Assembly (NCBI GenBank): GCA_014740375.1
Contig: GCA_014740375.1_3041.1
Length of the DNA stretch: 64,000 nucleotides
Reading direction: 5' to 3' (one strand)
Source: a phage
Positions 19,172 through 28,500 of the stretch are shown here, piece by piece. Under the pieces are notes generated by a model. It worked only from the letters and a program-made list of their open reading frames with translations, was not told the origin of the DNA and searched no databases. Made by a program: the position numbers and the translations under genes. Numbering within the stretch: position 1 is the stretch's first letter; each line of letters opens with the position of its first letter.

Positions 19172-21268
19172 TTATCCTTGAACGAACTTGTAAGGCATGT
19201 TTGTAATATCTATGCAAGACGCAATAATTCCAAGAGATGATTCTACTTTTTGTTTAACATTTGATGAAACAAATGATGCAAAGTCAACTCTGTCTTCTAT
19301 TTCAATATCACCTGTCATTGCAACTACTTCACCAGTTTCCATTAGACGATCACCGTCATAAATTACTGATTCGGTGAGTTCTTCCGTAGTCATAACTTCA
19401 GCTTGAATGAGTTTTGTATTATTAGATGTTGTTCCGTCATTATTAGAAGCATCAGTTATTTTATTAACTTTGACCATCAATCCGCGTGGTAGAATAACTT
19501 CAGCTTCTGTTGCTATTCCGAGACTTCCTGGATATACAACATTAACTTTATGAGCTCCATCAATTGCCCATCCTATTTGAACTTTAACGTATTCAGGATT
19601 TTCTTTATACGCTCTTATTTCGTTTGGATTAATAGTTATTCCTTCTTCATTTTTATCAACTGTCAGTTCATTACGAGCTTCTGGTTCTAAAAGACCAATA
19701 CCAGCATGTGTAATTCCAAAACGTCCAAAAATGATAGGAGTTAAAGAAGTAGATACAAAATTTCTGAAATAGAACACTTTATTTTTAACTAGTGCTTCGT
19801 ATATAGGAGCAGTCATGCTTTGAGCACGATAAACTGTAATGCCTTCTGGTATACGGTCACCGTTTTCAAAAGCTGAATCTAAGTTATTTATAGCAGATTC
19901 AATTTCTTTTTCACTCATTACATCATATCGTTCTGGATTGTAGCGTCCTAAAAGAAGATTATTGATGTCAGTATATCCTGAACCACAATACTCTCTAATG
20001 CCGCGCTTTTGTGATGGAGTATATTTAGAACCATCACGGGCAATAGTAATATCAATCATTGGACCTGCACCAATTCCAGAAAAACTATAAATCATTCTTT
20101 TGAGGAATTTAGTTTTTGCTGCGTTCCAGGAATTTTTAGTTATTTCTTCCCAGACTTCATCTGGCTGCCCTTTACGAGTTTTATTATGTTTATCAAGCCA
20201 ATTATCTTTATATTCTTCAAAGAGTTGATTAACAGCTGCTGCGTATTTCTCTAAACATTTTATTGAAGTAGTTGGTTCATTTTTAATCGCATTAAGAATT
20301 ACATCTTTAATTTTTTCAGAAACTTCATTAACCTCACTTTTTGAAAAGAATTTATAGTCATAATGAAGTTCATCTGCAGTTCCTTCAGCAATAATTTTTG
20401 CTGCCTTAGTTTTAGAAGCTAATGAATTAATTCCAAGCTTCATTTCTTCTGCTTCGGGAATTAAAGGAGCGGTAGCAGGTTTATTGAAATTAGCTGCGGT
20501 AGATTCATACTTCTGGAATAATTCACTTTCAAATCTAGAAGATTCTAATGATTGACTTTGTGCAATTGCTCTACGGGAAATTTTAACTTTAACGATTACA
20601 GCTTGATCAGAACGTTTATCGTTTTCTTGCGCAATAGATGCAGCAATTGCCTCATTTTTAGTTACTTGAGCTCCGGTATCTTTATTGATATAAACATCAC
20701 CGACCTTCGATTCAACTTTAGTAAAGAGCTCTGTACTAATTTCCGGAACTCCTGGAATGTCTTCTAATGATACATTTTTGCGATGTATAAGAATATATGC
20801 GTACTTTTTATCGTAATCCCAGAGTTCCTTAAGAAGGACGTATCTGCCACCTGAACGACTACGGATAAGTCTATCAGCAATAAGTTGAATTTGACGAGCT
20901 TGACCAGCAGTTTTAGACTTAAGAATACGGAGCATGCAGGCATCAATTTTATACTGACGCATCGTCTGCATCGCAACAGTAAAAACTGAATTGATGTAAT
21001 TAATTGGGCTTGGACCGAGACCTTTTAATTTAGCGATTGAACCTTTAGCAGTTAATGTAAAAGGAACAATATGCATCATTTTATCGCCCATCTTTAAATC
21101 GCGATTAGTATCACCTCCAGATGTATAAGTACATAAACGAAAACCTGGTTGTTCAATTGCGTCATCAACATGAACTGAAAAAATTTGCGGTATTTTCTTC
21201 TTTGGATTTAAGTTTGTAATCGGAAGAGTAGTATCTTCGTCAAATAATTCTGTAATGAGTTCCATCAT
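19172..21268 (-). CDS. alt: Alt ADP-ribosyltransferase (virion-packaged)
   Basis: 698 aa; MELITELFD N-terminus; ART motifs (YRA, FVSTSL, EAEVILPRG); immediately downstream of gene 30 as in T4; late promoter upstream. Confidence 0.88.
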   Translation of the reverse strand: MMELITELFDEDTTLPITNLNPKKKIPQIFSVHVDDAIEQPGFRLCTYTSGGDTNRDLKMGDKMMHIVPFTLTAKGSIAKLKGLGPSPINYINSVFTVAMQTMRQYKIDACMLRILKSKTAGQARQIQLIADRLIRSRSGGRYVLLKELWDYDKKYAYILIHRKNVSLEDIPGVPEISTELFTKVESKVGDVYINKDTGAQVTKNEAIAASIAQENDKRSDQAVIVKVKISRRAIAQSQSLESSRFESELFQKYESTAANFNKPATAPLIPEAEEMKLGINSLASKTKAAKIIAEGTADELHYDYKFFSKSEVNEVSEKIKDVILNAIKNEPTTSIKCLEKYAAAVNQLFEEYKDNWLDKHNKTRKGQPDEVWEEITKNSWNAAKTKFLKRMIYSFSGIGAGPMIDITIARDGSKYTPSQKRGIREYCGSGYTDINNLLLGRYNPERYDVMSEKEIESAINNLDSAFENGDRIPEGITVYRAQSMTAPIYEALVKNKVFYFRNFVSTSLTPIIFGRFGITHAGIGLLEPEARNELTVDKNEEGITINPNEIRAYKENPEYVKVQIGWAIDGAHKVNVVYPGSLGIATEAEVILPRGLMVKVNKITDASNNDGTTSNNTKLIQAEVMTTEELTESVIYDGDRLMETGEVVAMTGDIEIEDRVDFASFVSSNVKQKVESSLGIIASCIDITNMPYKFVQG

Positions 21269-21288
21269 ATCCTCTCTAGTGTTTATTC

Positions 21289-21296
21289 TATTTATA
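21289..21296 (-). promoter_or_regulatory. Late promoter (TATAAATA) for alt
   Basis: Exact TATAAATA on minus strand about 21 bp upstream of alt ATG, followed by AGAGAGGA Shine-Dalgarno. Confidence 0.6.
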
Positions 21297-21301
21297 AAAT
21301 T

Positions 21302-21319
21302 AAAGGCCCGAAGGCCTTT
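21302..21319 (-). terminator. GC hairpin (GAAG-type loop) between gene 30 operon and alt
   Basis: AAAGGCC-CGAA-GGCCTTT; overlaps last codons of the 62-aa ORF. Confidence 0.5.
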
Positions 21320-21506
21320 AATAATCTATTGGTAAGAGAGTACGATATATTTCAAACTTTGGACCTTTTTCATAGGCATCAAATGTTTCTGTGAATTTAT
21401 TATAAGCATATGCATCTATAAATTCAATCATAATTTGTGATACAGAAGTAGAAACATCTCCACCTTCTTTTTGAGCCACGACAATTGTTTCTAAGTAAGC
21501 TTTCAT
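21318..21506 (-). CDS. Hypothetical small protein
   Basis: 62-aa ORF; start overlaps gene 30 stop (ATGA). Confidence 0.45.
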   Translation of the reverse strand: MKAYLETIVVAQKEGGDVSTSVSQIMIEFIDAYAYNKFTETFDAYEKGPKFEIYRTLLPIDY

Positions 21507-22966
21507 AGACCAGTTACCTCATGAAAATCACCAAATACATCCTCGAATGTATTAGCTTTAGTTTTATCTTCACGTAAACGAATCGCAATCGGAAGAAATA
21601 ATTTAACGTAATCAGTGCGTCCATCAGATTTTAACCAACCGTTGCATTCGCACTCTAGAATTTTTCCAATATAATAATTTTGGTTTTCCATGATGCGAGT
21701 ACGGTCAAGTTCATGCGATTTTACACCGGCTTTATCTTTTAAGCCTGAACCAGCATTTACTTTAATTTTTCCACACTCTGATTCAAGAATAAATCCACCT
21801 GCTTTAGTAGGGTCTTTACGGTGAGGATAAATTCCTACAATTTTTAAATCAACATCAATTACTTCTTTAAATTTATAGAGATTTTTTGAACGAGCATTTT
21901 CCCACAATCCATCGGTATTTTTGAGAATAATACCTTCAAGACCTTGGTCAATATACTTTTTATAAATTACCTTAGCTTCATCTAGGTTATTTACTACTTG
22001 GTTTTCAATTAAAATTACTTTATCATATCCTGATGTCATTTGTTCTAGTTTAGAAAAACGTACATCATATTTTAAACGAAACGCAGGAAGACCGTATATT
22101 TCTACCAACGGGACATAATCCCAGACCTGAAACTTCATGCATTGAGCTTCTTTTTCAGAAATGGTTCCTTTTAAGGATTTATTGGCGATTCCATTAGAAG
22201 TAGTACGAGATTCCGCTACTTCGGCGAATTCTTTAGCTTTACTAATTTCAGGATAAGCATCAAAAAGAAAATCTAGGCCTTCTGGTTCCTTTTTAACTTG
22301 CTCATGGTATACCAATTCGCCATCAATTAACACACCTTCTGGATGAATCTGGCGGGCTTCAGCAGTCATTTTGATTAACTCTTCCTTAAGAAGATCTAAT
22401 CCTAGATATTCATTACCAGCTCGTGATAAAAGACGAACATCATCTAATTCATCACCTCGGACTTCAGCAAAACACCGAGCTCCATCTGCTTTTAACTGTG
22501 CAAAGGCTGGAAACTTGATATTCTTATTAATGCCTTTTTCATCATAAGAACTTGCCAGCATTTGAGGTTGTTCAGGAATTAAACCTGGCCAAACTTTGTT
22601 TGCAATAGATACTGAAGCACCGCATTCAAGGTCTCGCATCATCACTCGACGCAAAACTTCAACATCATCTTTTTTACCGTCAGTAATATATCCAGTTAAT
22701 TCCTCAATTGCCGCATTTCCAGTCAATTTCCGAGTAGCTAACGTGAATTCAATGAAGTCAAGCATATCGGTAAGAGTCAACATTCCAAAACTCTGGGTAG
22801 CAATACCCGGTTTAGGCCATTTCTTGATATAATACTGTAACCCACGAGAATAAGTCAGACGATATACTCGTTTAAGCAATTCATTATCTTTATTCTTTTC
22901 AAGAATTGCTTGCTTCTGCTTAGTTGAACCAATAGATGCTATTTCGTTCAGAATTTTAAGAATCAT
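21503..22966 (-). CDS. 30: ATP-dependent DNA ligase
   Basis: 487 aa; adenylation motif KADGAR; T4 length. Confidence 0.95.
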   Translation of the reverse strand: MILKILNEIASIGSTKQKQAILEKNKDNELLKRVYRLTYSRGLQYYIKKWPKPGIATQSFGMLTLTDMLDFIEFTLATRKLTGNAAIEELTGYITDGKKDDVEVLRRVMMRDLECGASVSIANKVWPGLIPEQPQMLASSYDEKGINKNIKFPAFAQLKADGARCFAEVRGDELDDVRLLSRAGNEYLGLDLLKEELIKMTAEARQIHPEGVLIDGELVYHEQVKKEPEGLDFLFDAYPEISKAKEFAEVAESRTTSNGIANKSLKGTISEKEAQCMKFQVWDYVPLVEIYGLPAFRLKYDVRFSKLEQMTSGYDKVILIENQVVNNLDEAKVIYKKYIDQGLEGIILKNTDGLWENARSKNLYKFKEVIDVDLKIVGIYPHRKDPTKAGGFILESECGKIKVNAGSGLKDKAGVKSHELDRTRIMENQNYYIGKILECECNGWLKSDGRTDYVKLFLPIAIRLREDKTKANTFEDVFGDFHEVTGL

Positions 22967-23232
22967 TGTTCATCCTTTAGAGTTTGGTTTACAGCTCTAT
23001 TATAAATCAATTCATCATTAAGCTCAGTCAAAGACCTGTGGTACGTGGTTCTAACTTTATTTCCTTGCATCCAGTGCTTGACGTAAATGAAACCTTGCTC
23101 TACACATTTTTTAAAAATTCGTTCGTCTTTTTGAGCTCGGAATTCTGGATTGCATCTAAAAAATTGATTTACGTGACCGTAATCACGTGTAGTATTACCT
23201 TCATTTTCATAAATAGTGTGAACGACAAACAT
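22963..23232 (-). CDS. Hypothetical protein (30.1 position)
   Basis: 89-aa ORF translationally coupled to gene 30. Confidence 0.55.
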   Translation of the reverse strand: MFVVHTIYENEGNTTRDYGHVNQFFRCNPEFRAQKDERIFKKCVEQGFIYVKHWMQGNKVRTTYHRSLTELNDELIYNRAVNQTLKDEQ

Positions 23233-24068
23233 TAGAATGCTCCTTGGAAAATATTATCACCACTAGTAGGTCTATTATACAAATACTCTATGCCACCGGG
23301 TTTAATATAGTTCCATGTCTGAAACGGATGCGTCTGATATGGATGATATGGATTATAAGGATTAAACCCAGGAGTTCTCCAGGTAGTGTTCCAAGGAAAA
23401 GAATCGTTTTTGATCATCTTCTCAATTACATCTTTTATAGCTTTTTCACGATCAAAACTTTCTTTAATTTCCTTCGATGGAAAAAGCTTATTCTCGACAT
23501 CATTCCATGTATAAACTCGCTGTGCAGTTTTTGGAATACTGTCACGCTCTCCTCGAGCCATCCAATAAACAGGAACATTTAATATTTCACTCGCATGATC
23601 GCAATGGTGAGCGAGATCGTCAATGTAACAAATTACGTTATATTTCTCTTTTGCCTTTTTGAACAACTCTTCTTTTGAAGAATCATGACCACACATCATT
23701 ACTTCTGAGAAGGCACCAGGAAAAAGAGCATTCAAATTAAATTGACGATTCAACAGAGCGTCAATAGAATCACCCAATGCTGTAACAGCTACAAAATTAT
23801 AATCTTCTTTTAATTTGTTAATTACACACAGGGCATCTTTATATGGAGACAAGTAACGAATAAAATCTGAACGATTGTATTTTTCAATTAACTTGACGCC
23901 AAGTTCTTCATCACAATTAAAGAGTTTACCAGGAGAAATAAATTTCTCATCTTGGATCATTTTTAAAATATGTTCTAACGGAAGATTATATTTCTGAGCA
24001 AAATAAGGAAGGCCTGATTGCCAGCTTAAACATACTCCATCAATATCAGTTAAAATAGTAGGCTTCAT
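23232..24068 (-). CDS. HAD-superfamily phosphatase-like protein with C-terminal Pro/aromatic-rich tail (30.2 position)
   Basis: HAD motif I LTDIDGV near N-terminus; DD motif (YIDDLAHH); C-terminal PGFNPYNPYHPYQTHPF. Confidence 0.6.
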   Translation of the reverse strand: MKPTILTDIDGVCLSWQSGLPYFAQKYNLPLEHILKMIQDEKFISPGKLFNCDEELGVKLIEKYNRSDFIRYLSPYKDALCVINKLKEDYNFVAVTALGDSIDALLNRQFNLNALFPGAFSEVMMCGHDSSKEELFKKAKEKYNVICYIDDLAHHCDHASEILNVPVYWMARGERDSIPKTAQRVYTWNDVENKLFPSKEIKESFDREKAIKDVIEKMIKNDSFPWNTTWRTPGFNPYNPYHPYQTHPFQTWNYIKPGGIEYLYNRPTSGDNIFQGAF

Positions 24069-24529
24069 AGAGAGTCTCTTAATAGGTTTAACACATCAAT
24101 AAATTCAGCTTCGGTTAGTATTGTATCATCTTTTGTTAGACCACTAGCCATGCTGTGCTTCAAAACTTTTCCTTTCGAGGCTTGTAATGCATCACGAAAG
24201 CCCTTGTTTTGGATCGCTGCTTCAAAATATGCATTTGTGTATAATTCTTTCCACGCTGGAGAGTATCTTGAAAACGGAGTTCCAAGCCAGAAGAGGGTCC
24301 CACGGTCCTGAGCTCTAGCATAAGACCTTCCAGCTTGTTGGGCGGCAAGCCCGGATAACCCAAATACACGACGTTGTTGTTCAACATTTTTCACCTTGCA
24401 TCCTTGGAGGAATCCTTCAAGACCTCCAAATTGAATACCATCCATGACGAAAGGCCATTGGGCGAAATTACTTAATGCACATGATGGCCACCTAAAATTG
24501 CTTCTAATCTCTAACTCAGACATTTTCAA
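24065..24529 (-). CDS. NADAR (YbiA-like) domain protein (30.3 position)
   Basis: SNFAQWPFVMDGIQFGGLEGFLQGCK resembles the YbiA/NADAR signature; family assignment from memory. Confidence 0.6.
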   Translation of the reverse strand: MKMSELEIRSNFRWPSCALSNFAQWPFVMDGIQFGGLEGFLQGCKVKNVEQQRRVFGLSGLAAQQAGRSYARAQDRGTLFWLGTPFSRYSPAWKELYTNAYFEAAIQNKGFRDALQASKGKVLKHSMASGLTKDDTILTEAEFIDVLNLLRDSL

Positions 24530-24722
24530 TGCTTATAATCTCAACATCAGCCCAATGACCATAGCAAGGAAGACGAAATTCAACTGGCCAGTTAGGATCC
24601 TTTTCTAATATAATAGACTCAACTCGTGGTTCTTCATGTTCATCAGTATATGGATTTTTATCTGTTACTTTATATGTGACCTTAATGTACTGAATTCCAA
24701 AAATCTTATTAATTATATTCAT
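24516..24722 (-). CDS. Hypothetical protein
   Basis: 68-aa ORF in 30.x early operon. Confidence 0.5.
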   Translation of the reverse strand: MNIINKIFGIQYIKVTYKVTDKNPYTDEHEEPRVESIILEKDPNWPVEFRLPCYGHWADVEIISIENV

Positions 24723-24916
24723 ACTAATTCCTTTAATCCGTAAATAGGAGATAATTCATCACCCATACGAAGGTCTTCATTTCCATCTACCCAGGAAACA
24801 ATATAAGCCTCTTTTATTTGAACACCACTCCATTTAAATGGAGGTAGAACCTTAGAAATTAATCCAGGTATACCAACTCCCTTTAATTCAACAGTTTGAC
24901 CTAAAAAGAATTTCAT
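24719..24916 (-). CDS. Hypothetical protein
   Basis: 65-aa ORF, overlapping stop-start. Confidence 0.5.
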   Translation of the reverse strand: MKFFLGQTVELKGVGIPGLISKVLPPFKWSGVQIKEAYIVSWVDGNEDLRMGDELSPIYGLKELV

Positions 24917-25203
24917 TAGAACCTCATCTGAAAGCCGTGTGATTTAACATTACCACCGCCAATATCAGAAATGTTAATTTCACTCGCAATTGAAGGGTCA
25001 ATGTCAATTTCACGATTGAGTTTAGTGATAGCTAAAGTATCGCGCCCATTTACAGTACGAAACTCTAAAGGACAAACCACATCAACGTAGTTTTTAATCG
25101 ATTCACTGGTAGGCTGCAAATGAGCAGGAAGGTCTTTAGGCGCCTTTGAGAAAACAACTTCGCAGAAGTTTTTACGGGTATCAAAATAAGTAGTCATAAA
25201 CAT
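24916..25203 (-). CDS. Hypothetical protein
   Basis: 95 aa from ATG with GAGGA Shine-Dalgarno; track start at 25239 would put the start codon inside the hairpin. Confidence 0.5.
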   Translation of the reverse strand: MFMTTYFDTRKNFCEVVFSKAPKDLPAHLQPTSESIKNYVDVVCPLEFRTVNGRDTLAITKLNREIDIDPSIASEINISDIGGGNVKSHGFQMRF

Positions 25204-25220
25204 AATATTTTCCTCAGTAA

Positions 25221-25234
25221 GGGGCCGAAGCCCC
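25221..25234 (-). promoter_or_regulatory. Intercistronic GC hairpin (UUCG-type)
   Basis: GGGGC-CGAA-GCCCC between stop of upstream ORF and Shine-Dalgarno of next. Confidence 0.45.
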
Positions 25235-25244
25235 CTCATTTATT

Positions 25245-25610
25245 TTAAATATCAAATTCATTAAGAACTACATCAAAGATTGCTTCAAGATGCTCAGGTT
25301 TAGCTCTGTTACTCAGAATATGACGAATCCAAGTTTTAACCAGAAGCTTGCGATTAGCACCATTCCAGCAAGGATGAGCCCCTAAATCGCGTTGACGGAA
25401 ATCATCATCCAGAGCAATTTTGAAGTTGGAACCTTCCATTGTGATTGAAACCGTGATACCGTTTTCAAATCGCATATAAACGTAATTAGGAGTCATATAC
25501 TGCTCAATTTCGCATACTGATCCATTTTGATGTTTCCAAAGGCAAATAGTATCAATAGAACCTGCAATACCATTAGAAACATATTTACGTTCAAAGTTGA
25601 TGTAGTTCAT
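25245..25610 (-). CDS. Hypothetical protein
   Basis: 121-aa ORF. Confidence 0.55.
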   Translation of the reverse strand: MNYINFERKYVSNGIAGSIDTICLWKHQNGSVCEIEQYMTPNYVYMRFENGITVSITMEGSNFKIALDDDFRQRDLGAHPCWNGANRKLLVKTWIRHILSNRAKPEHLEAIFDVVLNEFDI

Positions 25611-25678
25611 TTTTATTCTCCAAGATGTTTAATTGCGGTACAGGTATATAATATCATATCCTGTACCAAAGTAAACAA

Positions 25679-26011
25679 TTATTTTACTACTTTCCAGTGC
25701 TTCATGTCAAGTTTACCGACTTTTTTCATCTTCTCAATTAAGCGTTCTGCACGTTGGCGAGCTGTAACATAATGCCATTCACCTAATTCATTTTGTTCAA
25801 TTTTTCCAACGATTACTGTATTCAATTCATAAATCCAACCAGTAAAGAAATTATGAACTTGAATTGTAAAGGTGAAATCTGTTCCCATACCTTCTGTTGT
25901 TTCTACTTCAATAATATCACCTTCAACTGCCATTAAGAACCACATAGTTTCATCATATTTACCATTGAAGCATTTAGTTTTAACTGCAGCGTTCAGATTA
26001 ATCGTTTTCAT
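25679..26011 (-). CDS. Hypothetical protein
   Basis: 110-aa ORF with AAGGAG Shine-Dalgarno. Confidence 0.55.
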   Translation of the reverse strand: MKTINLNAAVKTKCFNGKYDETMWFLMAVEGDIIEVETTEGMGTDFTFTIQVHNFFTGWIYELNTVIVGKIEQNELGEWHYVTARQRAERLIEKMKKVGKLDMKHWKVVK

Positions 26012-26038
26012 TTTATTCTCCTTTGTTTGTGTAAGATA

Positions 26039-26068
26039 ATACTATCACAAAGGAGCTATACTGTAAAC
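26039..26068 (-). promoter_or_regulatory. T4-type early promoter
   Basis: Minus strand GTTTAC, 18 bp, TAGTAT. Confidence 0.45.
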
Positions 26069-26096
26069 AACTTTATGCAATCTTTGGAAAATAAAA

Positions 26097-26116
26097 AGGA
26101 CTCCCGAAGGAGTCCT
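26097..26116 (-). terminator. Rho-independent terminator
   Basis: AGGACTCC-CGAA-GGAGTCCT followed by TTTTATTTT on minus strand. Confidence 0.6.
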
Positions 26117-26120
26117 CAAC

Positions 26121-26297
26121 TTATGCTTTCTGCTTACCAAAACGAGAAGCATCATCTCGAAGAACCGCACGTGCTCGGCGCATGATCTTCTCAACAGTTT
26201 GATTGATACGAGAGTTCGACCCACGCTTGTAACCAGCGCGTTTAGAATCACCAACTTTCTTTTCAACTGCTTTCTTTGCTTTAACTTGTTTTGCCAT
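26121..26297 (-). CDS. Small highly basic protein (58 aa from MAKQVKAKK; alternative start at 26339)
   Basis: Lys/Arg-rich ORF ending just before terminator; start ambiguous. Confidence 0.45.
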   Translation of the reverse strand: MAKQVKAKKAVEKKVGDSKRAGYKRGSNSRINQTVEKIMRRARAVLRDDASRFGKQKA

Positions 26298-26454
26298 TAT
26301 AAATTCTCTTTTAAACGAAAATGCAGGACTTATTGGCATTGCCTGCGAAAGCCCTCAAAGGGGTACTTAGGTTTTGAATATTTACCGACAGGATAACCAT
26401 AAACCCGTCATCATACCACCAAGACTTACACAGATAACACTTTTCTGACGCATG

Positions 26455-26484
26455 ATAGTAACATTCAAGAGGTACACCGTAAAA
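26455..26484 (-). promoter_or_regulatory. Early-promoter-like element in 245-bp non-coding gap
   Basis: Minus strand TTTTAC, 18 bp, TACTAT; same spacing as other early promoters. Confidence 0.4.
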
Positions 26485-26585
26485 CTGCCGGGGTCTTAAA
26501 ACTATAATGATTCGCAAATCATTAATCAGACAGTTCGACGGCTCCTCGATTTTAGCTCACACTAAGGCAGTGAATCTCCAATAAA

Positions 26586-26834
26586 TTACTTCAGTGTTAC
26601 CACAAAGTGACGAACTGCTTTTCGTGCAGCAGAAGCCAGAGGCTTAGCATATTTAAGTTCATCTTTTTCCTGAAGCTCAGCAGCTAATGCAGTTTGAGCA
26701 GGATTCAGATGTTTGAAATAACGCAGGATTTCAAGAGCTTCGGCTTCAACATCAATAGATGCGCCATAGTTTTCGTGACCATTATTCCATGCGTTTCGTT
26801 GCAGTTCAAGAGCGTGTTGTAATTGTTTAATCAT
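26586..26834 (-). CDS. rIII: rIII lysis-inhibition accessory protein
   Basis: 82 aa, directly downstream of gene 31 as in T4. Confidence 0.7.
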   Translation of the reverse strand: MIKQLQHALELQRNAWNNGHENYGASIDVEAEALEILRYFKHLNPAQTALAAELQEKDELKYAKPLASAARKAVRHFVVTLK

Positions 26835-26973
26835 TTAAAAATTCTCGTTAGAGATTAAAACTCGGTAGTCACGTTCTTCTGAATTTCATCTTCTTTCGAC
26901 AGATCTCTCAGTTGTAGACTACCACATAGAATTGTTCGGTTAACTTATTATTCCGACACCCAATTCATATTAT

Positions 26974-26981
26974 TATTTATA
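26974..26981 (-). promoter_or_regulatory. Late promoter (TATAAATA) upstream of rIII
   Basis: Exact TATAAATA on minus strand abutting gene 31 stop, about 140 bp upstream of rIII. Confidence 0.5.
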
Positions 26982-27317
26982 TCACTTATAAAGACACGGA
27001 ATAGCTTTATAATGACAGGTAACGAATTTTTGTTTAATTTCTTTTGGCTGCTTAAGACCCAGAGCTACAAAAGGATGCGGAACATTTCGAATTTGACCAA
27101 CTGGAAGAGAAGTCAAATCACCAACTTCGCAGAAACCTTCAGGAACATCAGGACCGACAGAGTGAACTACACACAGTTCAGGAACTTCACCTTGAACACG
27201 TTTACCGATGATAAGTCCTGATTCTGTAACTTCTTCATCACCGGCTTGTGCAGGTTCAGAAACTAAAATAATATATTCACCGACAGCACGAATTGGTAGC
27301 TGTTGTACTTCAGACAT
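26982..27317 (-). CDS. 31: Co-chaperonin gp31 (GroES analogue)
   Basis: 111 aa; T4 length and position. Confidence 0.92.
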   Translation of the reverse strand: MSEVQQLPIRAVGEYIILVSEPAQAGDEEVTESGLIIGKRVQGEVPELCVVHSVGPDVPEGFCEVGDLTSLPVGQIRNVPHPFVALGLKQPKEIKQKFVTCHYKAIPCLYK

Positions 27318-27347
27318 CGTTTTTCCTTTTTGTTAACAGATGAATTA

Positions 27348-27374
27348 ATAATAACAAATAATTCTTAAAGCATT
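27348..27374 (-). promoter_or_regulatory. MotA-dependent middle promoter for gene 31
   Basis: Minus strand AATGCTTTA (MotA box) then 12 bp then TATTAT. Confidence 0.5.
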
Positions 27375-27682
27375 TATTTACCAATAAATTGGAGTAAATG
27401 CTCAACTTTCATACCATTAACAGAAATCAATTTGTCAATAGAAAAACCTCGCCATGCACCAAGCTCAACATCAAATACTGGAATCATGTCAGTAGATTCT
27501 TTCCGAGTAGATTCAGTCAATTTACCAGTTTGCATGGTTGGCATAAAGTCTGCATCACGAGTACCTTTCATAGTACGAATAGTACCATCAGACTTTTCAA
27601 AAACTACGTTTGAAATACCCATGGACAATTTAGTTTTCAAAATTTCACGAATTGCTACTTTTTGTTCAGTCGTCAATTTCAT
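27374..27682 (-). CDS. Hypothetical protein (31.1 position)
   Basis: 102-aa ORF. Confidence 0.55.
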   Translation of the reverse strand: MKLTTEQKVAIREILKTKLSMGISNVVFEKSDGTIRTMKGTRDADFMPTMQTGKLTESTRKESTDMIPVFDVELGAWRGFSIDKLISVNGMKVEHLLQFIGK

Positions 27683-27919
27683 TTATTTACCTATTACAGT
27701 TTTAATATGAGTTGTTCCACGTTCTTTAAGAGTGGAAAGCAACTTTTGGCATTTTTCTAAATCAGATTTCCAACTATATGGTCTATCAATACTAGTCCAA
27801 TCAGTTTTATAATACTGTTTCCATTTAGAGAAAAAATATTTCTTATACTCTACAGCAAATGAGATGTTCTCATTAGAATAAGAACTAATTGCTGTGAGCT
27901 TTACCAAACGAAATTTCAT
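27683..27919 (-). CDS. Hypothetical protein (31.2 position)
   Basis: 78-aa ORF. Confidence 0.5.
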   Translation of the reverse strand: MKFRLVKLTAISSYSNENISFAVEYKKYFFSKWKQYYKTDWTSIDRPYSWKSDLEKCQKLLSTLKERGTTHIKTVIGK

Positions 27920-28500
27920 TATTCACCACAGAATTCGTTGATATTTTCCCAGTTTAACTTATTCAAGTTTTTCTTAGGAACATTAAACACTTCAATACCT
28001 GCATTTCGCAGAATATCATCCCAACCAGGTTTATTTTTATCGTATGTTTCACAATAAACTAGCTTTTTAATACCAGATTGAGCTATCGCTTTTGCGCAAT
28101 CCGGACAAGGAGAAAGTGTTACATACATAGTAGCACCTTCAATAGAAGAACCATTTCGTGCAGCAAACAAAATTGCATTTAGTTCAGCATGAATTTCATT
28201 TTTAGATGACCATTCCGAGTGAGCACTACGATGTTCTTTCGCCAAGACAAAACGATCAGTTGAACCAAACGATACACATTCAGGCTTATGACCTTGAATG
28301 ATAGTATGTTTAGGTTTATTCAACAACCAACCTTGCTCAGCAGCATAATCACAGCAGTTCACACCACCAGCAGGTGAACCATTATATCCGGTAGAAATAA
28401 TACGTCCATTCTTTTCAATTACTGCTCCTACTTTCCAGGAGCAACATTTTGATTCTTGTGATACTAAATATGCAATTTGAAGTACTGTACTCGCTTTCAT
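27919..28500 (-). CDS. cd: dCMP deaminase
   Basis: 193 aa; zinc-binding deaminase motifs HAE ... PCPDC. Confidence 0.93.
   Translation of the reverse strand: MKASTVLQIAYLVSQESKCCSWKVGAVIEKNGRIISTGYNGSPAGGVNCCDYAAEQGWLLNKPKHTIIQGHKPECVSFGSTDRFVLAKEHRSAHSEWSSKNEIHAELNAILFAARNGSSIEGATMYVTLSPCPDCAKAIAQSGIKKLVYCETYDKNKPGWDDILRNAGIEVFNVPKKNLNKLNWENINEFCGE

Noticed and set aside
26311-26517. 68-aa minus-strand ORF in the non-coding gap downstream of rIII
   Set aside because: Start codon is TTG with no Shine-Dalgarno and the first in-frame ATG is at codon 40; region better explained as promoter plus leader.
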